Source of the DNA: an uncultured Bacteroidota bacterium
Lineage (GTDB): Bacteria > Bacteroidota > Ignavibacteria > UBA10030 > UBA6906
Assembly (NCBI GenBank): GCA_963700635.1
Contig: CAVOYH010000005.1
Coordinates: 247,949 to 311,948 of the forward strand
Direction of reading: 5' to 3'
DNA: 64,000 bases
A program made the translations under genes and the position numbers. Positions 51,827-64,000 of this stretch are shown here, in pieces (within the stretch, counting starts at the first letter, position 1; each line of letters starts with the position of its first letter). Under the pieces are notes generated by a model, which was not told the DNA's origin, ran no database searches, and saw nothing but the letters and a program-made list of their open reading frames with translations.

Positions 51827-52807
51827 ATGAAAAGTGCCCTCATTACCGGTATCACGGGTCAGGACGGTTCTTACCTTGTCGAATTGCTCCTTTCGAAAGG
51901 GTATGAGGTCCACGGCATCGTACGGCGTGTTGCCCTGGAAGATCCTTCGCACCGGATGTGGAGGATCAAGCATCTCCTCAAGGACATTCATTTTCATGCG
52001 GGATCGCTGGAGAGTTTTCCAAGCATCTACAAAACCATCGTCGAGGTGAAGCCCGACGAATGTTACCACCTTGCCGCTCAGAGTTTTGTCAGCTATTCGT
52101 TCGAGGATGAGTTCTCCACGCTGAATACCAACATCAACGGAACGCACTTCATCCTCACGGCCATCCGGGATGTCAGACCGGAATGCCGGTTCTATTTTGC
52201 AGGCTCCAGTGAAATGTTCGGGAAAGTCAAAGAGGTCCCCCAGACAGAGCACACTCCGTTCCACCCCCGGTCATCGTATGGCATCTCGAAAGTCGCCGGA
52301 TTTGATCTCACGCGTAACTATCGCGAAAGTTACGGGATGTTCGCCGCAAGCGGGATCCTGTTTAACCATGAATCTCCCCGGCGGGGATATGAGTTTGTAA
52401 CGCGGAAGATCACGTTTAATGCAGCGAAGATCAAACTCGGGCTTGCCACGGAGCTGCGCCTGGGGAACCTGGAAGCCAAGCGGGATTGGGGGCATTCGGA
52501 AGAGTATGTACCTGCCATGTGGATGATGTTGCAGCAGGACAAGCCGGACGATTTTGTCATTTCGTCGGGTACTTCGCACACGGTACGTGAATTCTGCAAG
52601 GCGGCGTTCAGTCACCTCGGACTCGACTACGAACAGTACGTGGTCGTGGACAAGCAGTTTTTCCGTCCGGCAGAAGTTGATGTGTTGAGGGGTGACAGTT
52701 CCAAGGCCCGGAAGGTGCTCGGGTGGGCGCCGAAGCGGGTATTTGAAGACATCGTGAAAGAGATGGTGGCGGCGGACCTTGAGGCGCTGGGGAAACAGAA
52801 CGCGTAG
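51827..52807 (+). CDS. gmd: GDP-mannose 4,6-dehydratase (short paralog)
   Basis: [35 protein letters not shown] and RDWG motifs. Confidence 0.93.
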   Translation: MKSALITGITGQDGSYLVELLLSKGYEVHGIVRRVALEDPSHRMWRIKHLLKDIHFHAGSLESFPSIYKTIVEVKPDECYHLAAQSFVSYSFEDEFSTLNTNINGTHFILTAIRDVRPECRFYFAGSSEMFGKVKEVPQTEHTPFHPRSSYGISKVAGFDLTRNYRESYGMFAASGILFNHESPRRGYEFVTRKITFNAAKIKLGLATELRLGNLEAKRDWGHSEEYVPAMWMMLQQDKPDDFVISSGTSHTVREFCKAAFSHLGLDYEQYVVVDKQFFRPAEVDVLRGDSSKARKVLGWAPKRVFEDIVKEMVAADLEALGKQNA

Positions 52808-52901
52808 CCCCGAATGCACGCTTGATTATCGCGAATTACATGCTATATTTTGTTTTACATGACCTGAAATAAACCTCAACCTCAAACATTCTCTCAATCT
52901 T

Positions 52902-53942
52902 ATGGCCCGTGCACTAATCACCGGGATTACCGGTCAGGATGGTTCTTACCTCGCTGAATTATTGCTTGAAAAGGGGTACGAAGTCCACGGCATCATCCGA
53001 CGCAGTAGTTCCTTCAACACCGCCCGCATCGATCATATCTACAACAATCCCGAAGTGTCAGGGAAGAGGTTTTTCCTGCATTATGGCGATGTCACGGACA
53101 CCAGCAACCTGAATCGATTGCTGGAAAAGATCCGGCCGCAGGAAATCTATAATCTCGCAGCGCAGAGTCACGTGAAGGTTTCGTTCGAGCTTCCGGAATA
53201 TACCGCCGAAGTGGACGCGATGGGAACGGTGCGGTTCCTGGATGCCATACGGGAAACCGGACTTACTACGCGGTTTTATCAGGCCTCCACGAGTGAATTG
53301 TACGGGAAGGCCCGGGAGGTCCCTCAGACCGAGACGACACCGTTTTACCCACGAAGTCCGTACGGAGTTGCCAAACTGTACGGCTACTGGATCATCGTAA
53401 ACTACCGTGAAGCGTACGGGCTCTTTGCATGCAACGGCATCTTGTTTAATCATGAATCGCCGAGACGCGGAGAGACCTTTGTTACACGGAAGATTACCCT
53501 GGCTGCGGCGCGGATCAAGTTAGGATTGCAGAAGGATCTGCTGCTCGGGAATCTGAGCTCTCAGCGTGACTGGGGATACGCGCCGGAATATGTCGAGGGG
53601 ATGTGGAGAATGCTACAACAGCCGGTCGCCGAGGATTATGTGCTCGCGACGGGCGAGATGCACACCGTGCGGGAATTCACCGAGCGGGCTTTTGCTGAGC
53701 TGGATATCCCGCTGGAATGGAGTGGCGAAGGGGAGCACGAAGTTGGACGTATCAGAGGGAAGGGGGATGTCGTGGTGGCGGTGGATCCCCGGTACTACCG
53801 GCCGACCGAGGTGGAACTTCTGCTTGGTGATGCAACCAAAGCGAAAACGAAGTTGGGGTGGACGCCTAAGACGCGTTTTGCTGAATTGGTGGCTCTGATG
53901 GCGAAAGCCGATTTGGAGAGGGTACGCAAGAAGGGGTACTGA
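52902..53942 (+). CDS. gmd: GDP-mannose 4,6-dehydratase
   Basis: [29 protein letters not shown] and [16 protein letters not shown] motifs. Confidence 0.96.
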   Translation: MARALITGITGQDGSYLAELLLEKGYEVHGIIRRSSSFNTARIDHIYNNPEVSGKRFFLHYGDVTDTSNLNRLLEKIRPQEIYNLAAQSHVKVSFELPEYTAEVDAMGTVRFLDAIRETGLTTRFYQASTSELYGKAREVPQTETTPFYPRSPYGVAKLYGYWIIVNYREAYGLFACNGILFNHESPRRGETFVTRKITLAAARIKLGLQKDLLLGNLSSQRDWGYAPEYVEGMWRMLQQPVAEDYVLATGEMHTVREFTERAFAELDIPLEWSGEGEHEVGRIRGKGDVVVAVDPRYYRPTEVELLLGDATKAKTKLGWTPKTRFAELVALMAKADLERVRKKGY

Positions 53943-53953
53943 TCAGAAAGTGA

Positions 53954-54907
<954 letters not shown>

Positions 54908-55077
54908 CGAGGTGAGGTGCTCTTTCTCTGACATCAGGTATCGCCGGTGCTGGAGCCGGGGGTGCCCATCCGTTCCCGATCGCCGATACTGGACTGGTAG
55001 TTTGAGAGAAGGGACCCCGGGTCGTCGTGGGTGGTGAAGGGGCAAGAAACAAGATTAGGTTCGCCGGAGGAGATGTA

Positions 55078-55783
55078 CTGGCTCAACAGCAGACTGCCCT
55101 CGTTTGTGGAGCAGGGGGATTCATTGGCGCCACGGTGAAGAAGTTGAAGCTTGAGGGTTACTGGGTGCGGGGAGTGGATCTCAAACACCCTGACTTCAGC
55201 CCCACGGTCGCAGACGACTTTGTCATTGGCGATCTTCGGGAACAAAGGGTATGGTTGGGAGAAACTCTTTAGCGGGAGGATGTTTTCTTCGAATCACAGA
55301 GAAACCACGGAATGACCGTAAGGGTTGCCTGATTTCATGATATTTGTGGGCCGGAGGAGTATGGTCCAGAGGATGTGAAAAGGTTCCGGCGGCGATGTCC
55401 AGCAAAATGGCCGAAGCGGCTGGCGGAGGAGGGGACGAAATGTGGGGTGGTGGGAAACAGACCGAGGTCGTCTGTACATTGATGAATGTCTCGAAGCCAT
55501 GAGACATTTTATGGACTCCGACTTTTCGGGACCCATCAATATCGGATCCGAATGGATTGTGACCCTGAATGGCCGAACAGAGATGGTTATGGATATTGCC
55601 GGGAAGAAGGTCTCGATCAAGCATATTCCTGGACCGTTGGGTTTCCGTGGGCGGAATTCCAACAACAAGTTGATTCGGGAGAGGTTTGGATGGGAGCCAT
55701 CAAAGAAACTTGTCGCTGGCATGCGATTAACCTATCGGTGGATCGCATCACAGGTACGACTCACAGGAAAACAGAACAGATAG
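55078..55783 (+). pseudogene. Decayed GDP-mannose 3,5-epimerase-like SDR gene
   Basis: CGAGGFIG..GVDLK..GDLR jumps directly to YGWEKLFS (internal deletion near 55246), in-frame TGA at 55330, further shifts, recognisable GPLGFRGRNSNN tail. Confidence 0.85.
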
Positions 55784-55789
55784 GCGCCC

Positions 55790-56596
55790 GTGCTACGGAC
55801 CATACGTGACCGATTCAGGGCAGGAAACAGCGTTAATGTCCTTGGGGTACGTGTAGATCCGACGAACATGGACTTGGCGGTGGAGACTGTCATCACCTGG
55901 GCTCGAAGTACGGATCGCGGTTGCCGGTATGTGTGTGTGAGAGATGTGCATGGTGTGGTTGAGGCGCAATCTGACGAACGATTCCGGTCAATTCTAAATA
56001 ATGCGGACCTGAACGTTCCGGACGGCACTCCGTTGACGTGGCTGGGGTGGTTTGCGGGGTTTCGTGAAATGGGTAGAGTCTACGGTCCGGATTTTATGGT
56101 GCGGGTGTGTGAAGCATCGGTAGAGCACAAAATCGCGCATTTCTTTTATGGAGGGAAGGACGGGGTAGCAGCAGAGTTGGCCGGACGGTTTGAACAAAGG
56201 TTTCCGGGGCTGAGGGTGGCTGGTACACATTGCCCGCCATTTCGTTCGCTAACGGAGGAGGAGCAAGAATCAATCGTAAATATGATCAACGCTTCTGGTG
56301 CCCATATTCTCTGGGTTGGGCTAAGCACCCCCAAGCAAGAACGCCTGATGTCGGATCTCCACAGGCGGTTGCATGCGCATGTTGCATTCGGCGTCGGAGC
56401 GGCGTTCGATTATAACACCGATAGGTTGCGCAGGGCTCCCCGGTGGGTGCAAAGGGCGGGGTTGGAGTGGTTGTACAGGTTGCTTCAAGAACCTAGAAGA
56501 TTGATCAGTCGATATGGGATTGCGATACCACGTTTTCTAAGGGGGCTCGTGTTACAGGCATTGGGTAAACGTTTTGAATGCGATAGGGGTCATTAG
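55790..56596 (+). CDS. WecB/TagA/CpsF family glycosyltransferase
   Basis: VPDGTP, RVYGPD, VGLSTPKQE, GAAFD and GLEWLYRL motifs. Confidence 0.93.
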   Translation: MLRTIRDRFRAGNSVNVLGVRVDPTNMDLAVETVITWARSTDRGCRYVCVRDVHGVVEAQSDERFRSILNNADLNVPDGTPLTWLGWFAGFREMGRVYGPDFMVRVCEASVEHKIAHFFYGGKDGVAAELAGRFEQRFPGLRVAGTHCPPFRSLTEEEQESIVNMINASGAHILWVGLSTPKQERLMSDLHRRLHAHVAFGVGAAFDYNTDRLRRAPRWVQRAGLEWLYRLLQEPRRLISRYGIAIPRFLRGLVLQALGKRFECDRGH

Positions 56597-56848
56597 AGTT
56601 TGTGTTTGGAGAGATATCTTAAACGAGAAGATTCCCCTTTAAGCTAGGCCCCCAACATTACAGAGTTTTGGTGGCAAGAACGAATTCAGGCTGGAGAAAC
56701 GGTGGTATCTCAACCTGGGACGTTTGGATTTTTTCGAGACGCGAGTCCTTCGAATTCCCGCCTCGCATGGGGATGTATCACTATGATTGGTTTTCACCGT
56801 CCTGATAGTTGCATTGCACGCTTGGCGTAGATTTGGGTCGATGAGTAG

Positions 56849-58510
56849 ATGGTGCGCGTGGCTCACGAGGAAGCCGTAATACCTCACGCTACTTCATCTC
56901 CGCGGACGACCTCTCTTGACAACGAATCTGGGAACAACCTCGGGAAGGCAGGTAAACGATTGCGAAGTCACGATCCCGATGGAAGTGGCTTAAGGAGAAA
57001 AGTCAATCGTGTTCGGGACTGGTGGGTGGTCAAGGAGTCCGCGGCAAGCGGGGCCCCAGGAAACGCAATTTGGGGTTTGTCGTCACATGTAACATATATG
57101 TTCCTGTTGTTCACGACGACACCATTAATGCTGCTGTGGCTTGGCCATGAAGGGTACGGGATTCTTGTCCTTGTCAATTCTGCCCTGGGATTTGCAGGCG
57201 CATTCGACCTTGGCCTCACTGTTTCGATCACAAAATACGTGTCAACGTTCCTTGCCAAGGATCAGAAGAGTGCGGTGTCGGAGGTGATCTCGATTGGGTC
57301 CTGGGTCTTCACGGGGCTCGGATTAGTGTTGGCACTGATGGTCTTCGCCGCGTCGCCTGTGCTTGCGTCACTCTCAATGCGCACAAACACCGATATGGTA
57401 CCAACTGCGATAGTCTGTTTTCAGATTGCTTCTTTTGGCGTCGCGGCAAGATTTATTGATAGTATCGGATTATCAATTATCCAGGGATATCATCGGTACG
57501 ATGTTTCGTCGAAGCTCAATCTGGCGACAAATGTATCTGTGACGCTGGTAAACCTTGGCATCGCCTATCTAGATCTCGGTGTTGTCTGGTGCGTAGTTAG
57601 TGTTGTGTTTTTCGTTGCCTTGGGAGCAGTAGGGAAGATTGTTGTGGCAAAACGCATCGCAGGCTCCAGCAATCTCTGGGGCAAGTTCCGGAGGTCAGAA
57701 AATTTCTGGCGGGTATTCAGGTTTGGGTTCTGGGGATGGATACACGGAGTCGCGGGGATGTTGGCGGCACAAGCAGACAAGTTTCTCGTGTCAGGCCTTC
57801 TTGGTTCACGGGATCTTTCAATATACGCAATCTGCGGGCAGGTGTCACAGCAAATACACTCGTTGCCTTCGAGTGCTTTGGCTTTTCTGTTTCCGTTGTC
57901 CGCCTCTATTCAGGAGCTCGATCGAGGAGGTCGTTTACGGGGGCTCTACTTCAACGCTCAGAGGTTTGCGATATCGTTCGGAACCTTCCTTGGCATTCCA
58001 ATAGGATTGATGGCATTCCCATTCTTAAGTCTGTGGATGGGGTCAGATTTCGCCGTGACATCTGGACTTACCTTAACTTTGTTCGCCCTATACTTCACGC
58101 TTTTGAGCACGACAATTGTCCCATATAATATGCTTCTTGGAACGGGTCATGTTCGGCTGAATACATTTTTTGGTGTTTTTGGAAACCTCGTTATGCTCGG
58201 AGGTATGGTTTTGCTAATACCAGCAATGGGTGTTCAGGGAGCGGTGTGGGCAAAAATCATCTCATTTTCAACCGGTGTTGTTTTGTTTCCGATCCTTCAT
58301 GCACGGGTTTTGGGAGATAAACGTTTTACTATCGGCATTAGAATACTTGCTCCGATTGTGGTTCCTTTTGTTTTGATTCTGTGGCTGGCTCCATTGCCGG
58401 TGATGGCTTGGCCGATCTTAATTCTGGCGTCCGGTGGGGTGGCCGTCATCAGCGCCACGTTCTCCTACGTGCTGTGTCCGCGTCTACCAGCTCTTGCTAT
58501 TCGCGGATAG
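56849..58510 (+). CDS. Wzx-like flippase; start uncertain
   Basis: LGHEGYG, FDLGL, ADKF and LIPAMGVQGA motifs; about 12-14 TM helices. Confidence 0.82.
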   Translation: MVRVAHEEAVIPHATSSPRTTSLDNESGNNLGKAGKRLRSHDPDGSGLRRKVNRVRDWWVVKESAASGAPGNAIWGLSSHVTYMFLLFTTTPLMLLWLGHEGYGILVLVNSALGFAGAFDLGLTVSITKYVSTFLAKDQKSAVSEVISIGSWVFTGLGLVLALMVFAASPVLASLSMRTNTDMVPTAIVCFQIASFGVAARFIDSIGLSIIQGYHRYDVSSKLNLATNVSVTLVNLGIAYLDLGVVWCVVSVVFFVALGAVGKIVVAKRIAGSSNLWGKFRRSENFWRVFRFGFWGWIHGVAGMLAAQADKFLVSGLLGSRDLSIYAICGQVSQQIHSLPSSALAFLFPLSASIQELDRGGRLRGLYFNAQRFAISFGTFLGIPIGLMAFPFLSLWMGSDFAVTSGLTLTLFALYFTLLSTTIVPYNMLLGTGHVRLNTFFGVFGNLVMLGGMVLLIPAMGVQGAVWAKIISFSTGVVLFPILHARVLGDKRFTIGIRILAPIVVPFVLILWLAPLPVMAWPILILASGGVAVISATFSYVLCPRLPALAIRG

Positions 58511-58583
58511 TGCCAGAACTTCTGATGTGACATGAAAACAAGAGCGCCGCAAATCAGGCTTCTAAATAAACTCCCAGCTTCTT

Positions 58584-59318
58584 ATGAATACTCGAGATCA
58601 CCGACCGCCAAGGTATGTCGCTCCCGATGTGCGGGATCACTGGAATTATCCGTCCATTTTCGAAGGTGATTTTCTGCATCTTCGCGCCCTGAAGAGAGAA
58701 ATATCCACAATTGCACGCACGATGAAATATGAATCACCGATTCTCGACATCGGCTGTGGTTGGATGCCTTATAGCTGGATGTTCGAACGCCGAGGGATTG
58801 CGTATATTGGCATAGATGTGGACGAATATCCAGGGGAGGGATTTCGGAAGATTGTGGACGGCCGATTTCCGGTAGACGATGCTAGCGTGCCAACATGCTG
58901 TTGTTGGCAGGTTTTGGAACACGTCGAATTGAGAGCGGAGTTCTACGCTGAGGTCCTTCGGTGTATGAAACCCGGGGGTACACTTTACCTGACGACTCAC
59001 GGTTTTTTCCGGATCCATGCAAAAGCGGACTTTTGGCGTTGGACGGCCATAGGACTCCATCGTGAACTTACTGACGCAGGCTTCCACGTCGTCAGCGTCA
59101 GAGGTATAGACACCACAGCATCGAATGTGGCGTCTTTTGCAAGCGATATCCTGCTAGGCTTCCTGCCAGCGCGGAGGAGATATGAAATAATTCTTTCCCC
59201 TGCTATTGCACTGATTAATTCCATTGGTGCGATTTTAGAATACTGTCTTTCAAAGATGGTAGCGTCAAAGCCGTCAGCGCCTACCGCCTATCTGGCTGTG
59301 TGTAAGAAGCCGCTGTAA
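58584..59318 (+). CDS. Class I SAM-dependent methyltransferase
   Basis: ILDIGCGWMPY, QVLEHV, KPGG and DFWRWT motifs. Confidence 0.88.
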   Translation: MNTRDHRPPRYVAPDVRDHWNYPSIFEGDFLHLRALKREISTIARTMKYESPILDIGCGWMPYSWMFERRGIAYIGIDVDEYPGEGFRKIVDGRFPVDDASVPTCCCWQVLEHVELRAEFYAEVLRCMKPGGTLYLTTHGFFRIHAKADFWRWTAIGLHRELTDAGFHVVSVRGIDTTASNVASFASDILLGFLPARRRYEIILSPAIALINSIGAILEYCLSKMVASKPSAPTAYLAVCKKPL

Positions 59319-59325
59319 TGTTACT

Positions 59326-60261
59326 GTGGTGTATAAGACGCTGGAGTTGATTGTGAAAGAATGCCTAGATACCTCCTTTTCCGTTGTGATTTGTACTCGG
59401 AATCGATCGCAATTGCTGAAGAAAGTGTTTGATTCGTTAAATGAACAAACGTATCCGCATCATCTATTTGAGATTGTTCTAGTTGACAACGGCTCTTCCG
59501 ATGAAACACCTTCCGTAGCGGCCAGAGAACAATGTCAAGCAACGAGCAGTGTAACGTATGTGGTCGAGAAAAGAATCGGGCTCGCGTATGCACGTAATCT
59601 CGGATGGAAGTCTTCGCAAATGTCGGTTATCCTGTACTTGGACGACGATACGGTTGTTGCTCGTGATTGCCTCGAAAATCTTGCGAATTACTATCGACTA
59701 ATGTGGGATGGGGTAACCCCTATCGCAATAGGTGGAAGAGTATCTCTCAAACTAGGTGAAGGTGTCGCCTTTCCCCGATGGCTTGATGAGCCTTCAAAAA
59801 GATTGGTTAAGTCGATTAGAATTAGGTCCCTCAAGCCGCTTCTTGAACGGTCGCGAGCGACTGGTGGGCGCATTCTTTTCATTGCCTAGGATCACCCTCG
59901 AAAAAACCGGGGGTTTCAACGAGTCGTTTACAAATTATTACGATGAACGGTGGATTGAAGAACGAATCCTGCAACTGGGAGGGAAGCTGGCCTATTGCGC
60001 CCCCGCGAAGGGTTGACCATGTCGTGATTGCAGAGCGGTTGAAAAAGAGTTGGTTCTGGAGTAGACTTTTCCGTGAAGGGGTTTCCCACGAGATTTCAGA
60101 ACGCTCTGAGGCAGACCTCCCGGTCTTTCCAACTCGTCCAAGGAGCTCGCAAGCTCATTGCAGCTCTCAGAGACCTTCCCGTAGCGTCTTTCAGCGTGTT
60201 GTCGGATTCGGCTCCAGTTTCGAATCTCTCTCAGGGCGTGTCACAACCTCGGCTCCTTTAG
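59326..60261 (+). CDS. Glycosyltransferase family 2 with several frameshifts
   Basis: SVVICTRNR, VDNGSSD, ARNLG and YLDDD motifs; GGFNE in the next frame. Confidence 0.75.
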
Positions 60262-60302
60262 AGAATTCATTTTCAAGAGATAATATTCCGAGTGATCGTC
60301 GA

Positions 60303-61472
60303 ATGAAAGGATTGAATCGCCTGCTAAGCGCGGGCTCAAATATTTTTCACCTGTTACTAGTCCGAGCTGGTTGGTTAGTCCGGCGCCTTCCTTTCTGGGT
60401 TTCGACGAGAAAGCTCAGAAATATAATGCTCTTTCGGTGCGATTCGATCGGCGACATGGTCATCTTTGCCCCTACACTTCAGGAATACCGACGCCTTTTC
60501 CCGGCTGCAAAGATCACGGTAGTGGCAAGTTCCACGAGTGAGGAGTTGCTCCGAACGAATTCACATTTCGATGACCTCCAGCTGATCGATTATGAATTAT
60601 TTAAGCGATCTGTTGTCGAAAGAATTCGATGGTGGATGAAAGTTCAACGAGTTCGGTATGATATTGCAATTAACACTATGTATTCTAGTGGCTTTCCGCA
60701 GTCGGACGCGGTCATCGGCTACACCGGGGCACGACGGAGAATTGGCTTTGCTGAACCGAGTCGATTTGAATCCGGCTGGAGGAGGAGATGTTACAGCGAA
60801 TTCGTTTACGCCCTACCAATGCGGACTTTCGAGGGAAATCGGCACAATAGCCTTCTCCGCTATCTGGGGAGCATTCAGTATCGATGGGCACCAAATCTCG
60901 TTCCTCAAGGAATATCCGCTGGTTCGAGGAATCTCGAGTTGCCACAGGGAGGATTTGGGGTACTCTTCCCTGGGGCCCAATCCTCTGTTCGTCGATCGGC
61001 GGTCGCGTCGTTTGTCATTGTAGCTACGGAGGTAAGTCGGTCCATGGACTGGAGCTGGATTGTGAGCGGAACAGTGAATGAGAATAGTGTGTGTTCGGAA
61101 GTCGCCAGTGGTCTTCAAGCGAACGGAGTGCGGGCATAAGATTGGGCTGGCAAAACGACCTTGACAGAACTAGTCTCACTCGTTTCGCAGGCACAGTTGA
61201 TCCTTGGAAACGAAACAGGGCCGATTCATATCTCCGCGTCGCTTGGCCGGCCGGTTGTCTGCATACTCGGTGGAGGGCATCACGGAGTATTCTTCCCATA
61301 CCCTGGGATCAACAATATTATGTGTGTATCGCATATGCTTCCATGTTTTGGATGCGATTGGACGTGCACCCGCCCGACAACCGAATGTATCGAGATGATC
61401 TCTGCTGATGAAGTCCTCCGATCAGTCTTTGCACTTTTACACAAAGTTGACAGACAGGGCACCCGAGGATGA
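60303..61472 (+). CDS. Glycosyltransferase family 9; frameshift near 61140
   Basis: DSIGDMV and FPGA motifs; NETGPIHI..GGGH and CFGCDW in ORF 61161..61472. Confidence 0.82.
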
Positions 61473-62786
61473 GTGATCGCAGGATGGGCCTACTTAAACT
61501 GCTTACGTTGTCATTATGTGCAGCGTATTTCTTCTTTCCAAATGACGACGAGTTTCATGTCTTGGGGATCGGACCAACTGGTGCCCGAATTCTTGTTCTT
61601 GATATGGTCATCCTGGTGTTGATGTTTGTTTCCATAGGCCATTTTCGACCTATCTTCAAGAAGGCAACCTCATTACTTGGTAGCCTCCCACTTGTGCTCC
61701 TTTTCTCAATGGTCGGATTTTCCTTGGCACGCGGTATCCCCGAATTTGCAGGATTGGCGATCGGAGAGGCACGATGGTACCTGAGTGCGATCGTGTTCGT
61801 TCCGTTTTACCTAGTGTATGATCGGACGTGGTCCATTATCTTCCGGCGTGTCCTCGTAGCGGCGGTTTGGCATGGTCTACGTGTTATCGGGACGTTACTG
61901 GTCGAAGATTATCGGGGAGAGTCCGGAGGCATGTTCAGAGTGGGCGGGGAAAAACTTCCTTTGTGATTGTGCTCGGTTTGCTTGTGCTGATTGAATATGT
62001 CTGGAGGCAGCCTGGACCCCTGCAAACAAAATATTCTCGCGATAAGCTGGCGCCAGTTTCTTGTTTTCACGCTGATGCTGAGTCAGACCCGTTCGGTTTT
62101 TCTTTTCACCAAAAATCTGTTGTTTTTTCTGTTCACCCTGCGCCAGGTCATCATTTTCTCTCTTGCGTTGAGCGGGAATGATCCTTTCCTCCTTATTGCT
62201 TTGGGTAGTGGAATCTTCTTCCTGTTGCCAGTGAACTTTGGAGAGAGCATTTCAGAGAGTTGGTCTGTGATTGGAGAAGCCGTACACCCTGAAACTATAG
62301 CTGGGATTCTCGAAGGCCAGGGGAATTACATAACTTTTGCATCGAATCCATAACTGCCGCTGGCACACTGCGTTCAGGGTGTTGGCGTGGACCCAGGTTT
62401 TCGACGATGTCATGAATACGCCGAACGCCTGGCTTTACTCGGATACCATTCGGATCCGGATTTGAATTCATTGACCTTTCAGGAACTACTTACCTAGATC
62501 TCGATCCGCACAATGACTACCTGTCGATGTTTTCAAAGGTAGGTGCCCTTGGATTGTTGGGTTATGTTCTACTACTCTTCAGGTTCTACGGCTTAACTGT
62601 CACACGAGGGAAATAGTGTTCCTCGAAAGTAATATATCTATACTAGCTTGTATTGCATTCTTCCTGAGCCTGTTTGTTTCACTAAATGCTGAGATACGGA
62701 CGTACTCACTACATTTTTGGATTTGGCCTTTCATTGGAATAACTCTCCGAGAAATCGACAAGTGCACGAACTCGCTCGGTCGCTGA
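61469..62786 (+). CDS. O-antigen ligase/polymerase-like membrane protein with several frameshifts
   Basis: Hydrophobic pieces, SQTRS motif, DPHNDYL..GALGL near 62500-62560; ATGA overlap. Confidence 0.65.
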
Positions 62787-62934
62787 TATGAATCTCGTTG
62801 TCAGCTTGAAGTGCCAATGAATGCCAGTAGGGTTTTAGGACGTGGGAGGGTGACGTTCAACCCTGAAGACCCACGGCATGCGCATTTTAGCGTTAGATAT
62901 TGTCGGAAGCCTCCATCAATTCGAAATGGGCCCA

Positions 62935-63793
62935 ATGAAATGTAGCGTGTCGATCTTGACTTCTAGTTTGAATATGGAATCACATTTACGGAAGTGCATT
63001 GCTTCGATTGTGATCAGGAAGTCCCCGGGTGTGCAGCACATCGTTATCGATGGTGGGTCAATTGACGGAACTGCGCATACCGTGCGAGAATACGCTACAG
63101 TAGATTTCCTATCAGGGCGAGACCGAGGGATGTACGATGCGCTTAATAAGGGCCTTCTCACCGGCTGCCGGCGATATCATTGCATATCTCAATTGCGACG
63201 AACAGTATTTGCCAGGAGCTTTAGAGCACGCTGTGTCGTATTTCATGGAACATCCAACTGTCGACATCATTTTTGGTGACGCGTTGTTGATCAATCAGTT
63301 CGGTGAATTGATTGCATTTCGCAAAGGCTATCCTCCCCGTTGGCCGTACTTCCTCTCCTCACATCTCTATCTGCTGTCTTGCACTATGTTCTTTCGACGC
63401 CGCATTATCAGGTCGGCTTCCTCTTCGACAGCTCGTTCAAGGCAATAGGTGATTTGGAGTTTGTCGTCCGCGTTATGCGTGCTGGTTTTCGGTGCGTTCA
63501 TGTGAAGGGATATACGGGAGCGTTCACAATCACTGGCCAGAATCTCAGTCTGAGCCCAGGGTCGAGACAGAATGGTCGAGAGTCAGGGCCGGCACACCGG
63601 CATGGATTAGTAATTCCGAATTCCATTGAATGTCGCCCGTCTCTTCGAAAAGGCGGTACGGGGGGCATATTGGCAGTCATCACCTCTGGAATATGAAGTG
63701 TACGCGGGCAGTGACACATCTCAACGAAAACGCTTCATAGAATATAGACCGAGCCATAAATGGTTATTCATCGATGCTTCGAATAGGCATTGA
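62935..63793 (+). CDS. Glycosyltransferase family 2 with several frameshifts
   Basis: VIDGGSIDGT, DRGMYDALNKG, YLNCDE and GDLEF motifs across successive frames. Confidence 0.78.
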
Positions 63794-64000
63794 TACGTTT
63801 TCGTTTGATAAACCCGGCGCCAACTTTGGCGTGGGTCCAGGTGTTTATGTCTGGCATCTGCTCGAGCACTTGCTCAGCATCGGCCGTGGGCATACGTTCT
63901 TTGTGTTTTGCAACACGGACAAGGAGTCGTTTGTGCCGAGAGGGCCGAATGTTAGGGTGCTCGTGAGTCCGTTGCCGAGCAACCTCGACTCTTCCGTCCA
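63774..64000 (+). CDS. Probable glycosyltransferase family 4 N-terminus, truncated by the window end
   Basis: Open frame MLRIGID..GVGPGVYVWHLLEHL running to the window end. Confidence 0.6.
   Translation, partial: MLRIGIDTFSFDKPGANFGVGPGVYVWHLLEHLLSIGRGHTFFVFCNTDKESFVPRGPNVRVLVSPLPSNLDSSV

Overview
Bacterial chromosomal segment, most likely from an FCB-group organism (Ignavibacteria/Chlorobi-like Bacteroidota). The taxonomy is inferred from five type IX secretion (T9SS) C-terminal domains, a hybrid two-component sensor and TTGnnn-17-TAnnnT promoters. Layout from left to right: (1-6.8 kb) tRNAs, maf, a B12-binding mutase subunit, csp and an nfeD-stomatin-polB cluster; (6.9-10.7 kb) small accessory genes next to tRNA-Ser(GGA); (10.9-24.8 kb) a tightly coupled glycan-synthesis operon (flippase, GT4 x2, GT-C-like protein, GT9 x2, WecB/TagA) ending in a ~1800-aa PorU-like C25 peptidase; (24.9-27.1 kb) a convergent TIGR03790-like T9SS cargo gene with an IS481-like HTH-only gene; (28.8-38 kb) tRNA-Ser(CGA), accessory genes and a hybrid sensor kinase; (38-42.5 kb) a copper locus; (42.6-50.2 kb) large secreted enzymes; (50.3-51.7 kb) an MFS transporter; (51.8-64 kb) a GDP-fucose/surface-polysaccharide cluster. 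Many genes are split by single-base indels, often at homopolymers, which look like long-read assembly errors. No CRISPR array, integrase or complete transposase was seen. The best candidate for an undescribed system is the glycan-anchor plus sortase-like locus at 10.9-27.1 kb. All family assignments come from motif recognition by eye, not database searches.
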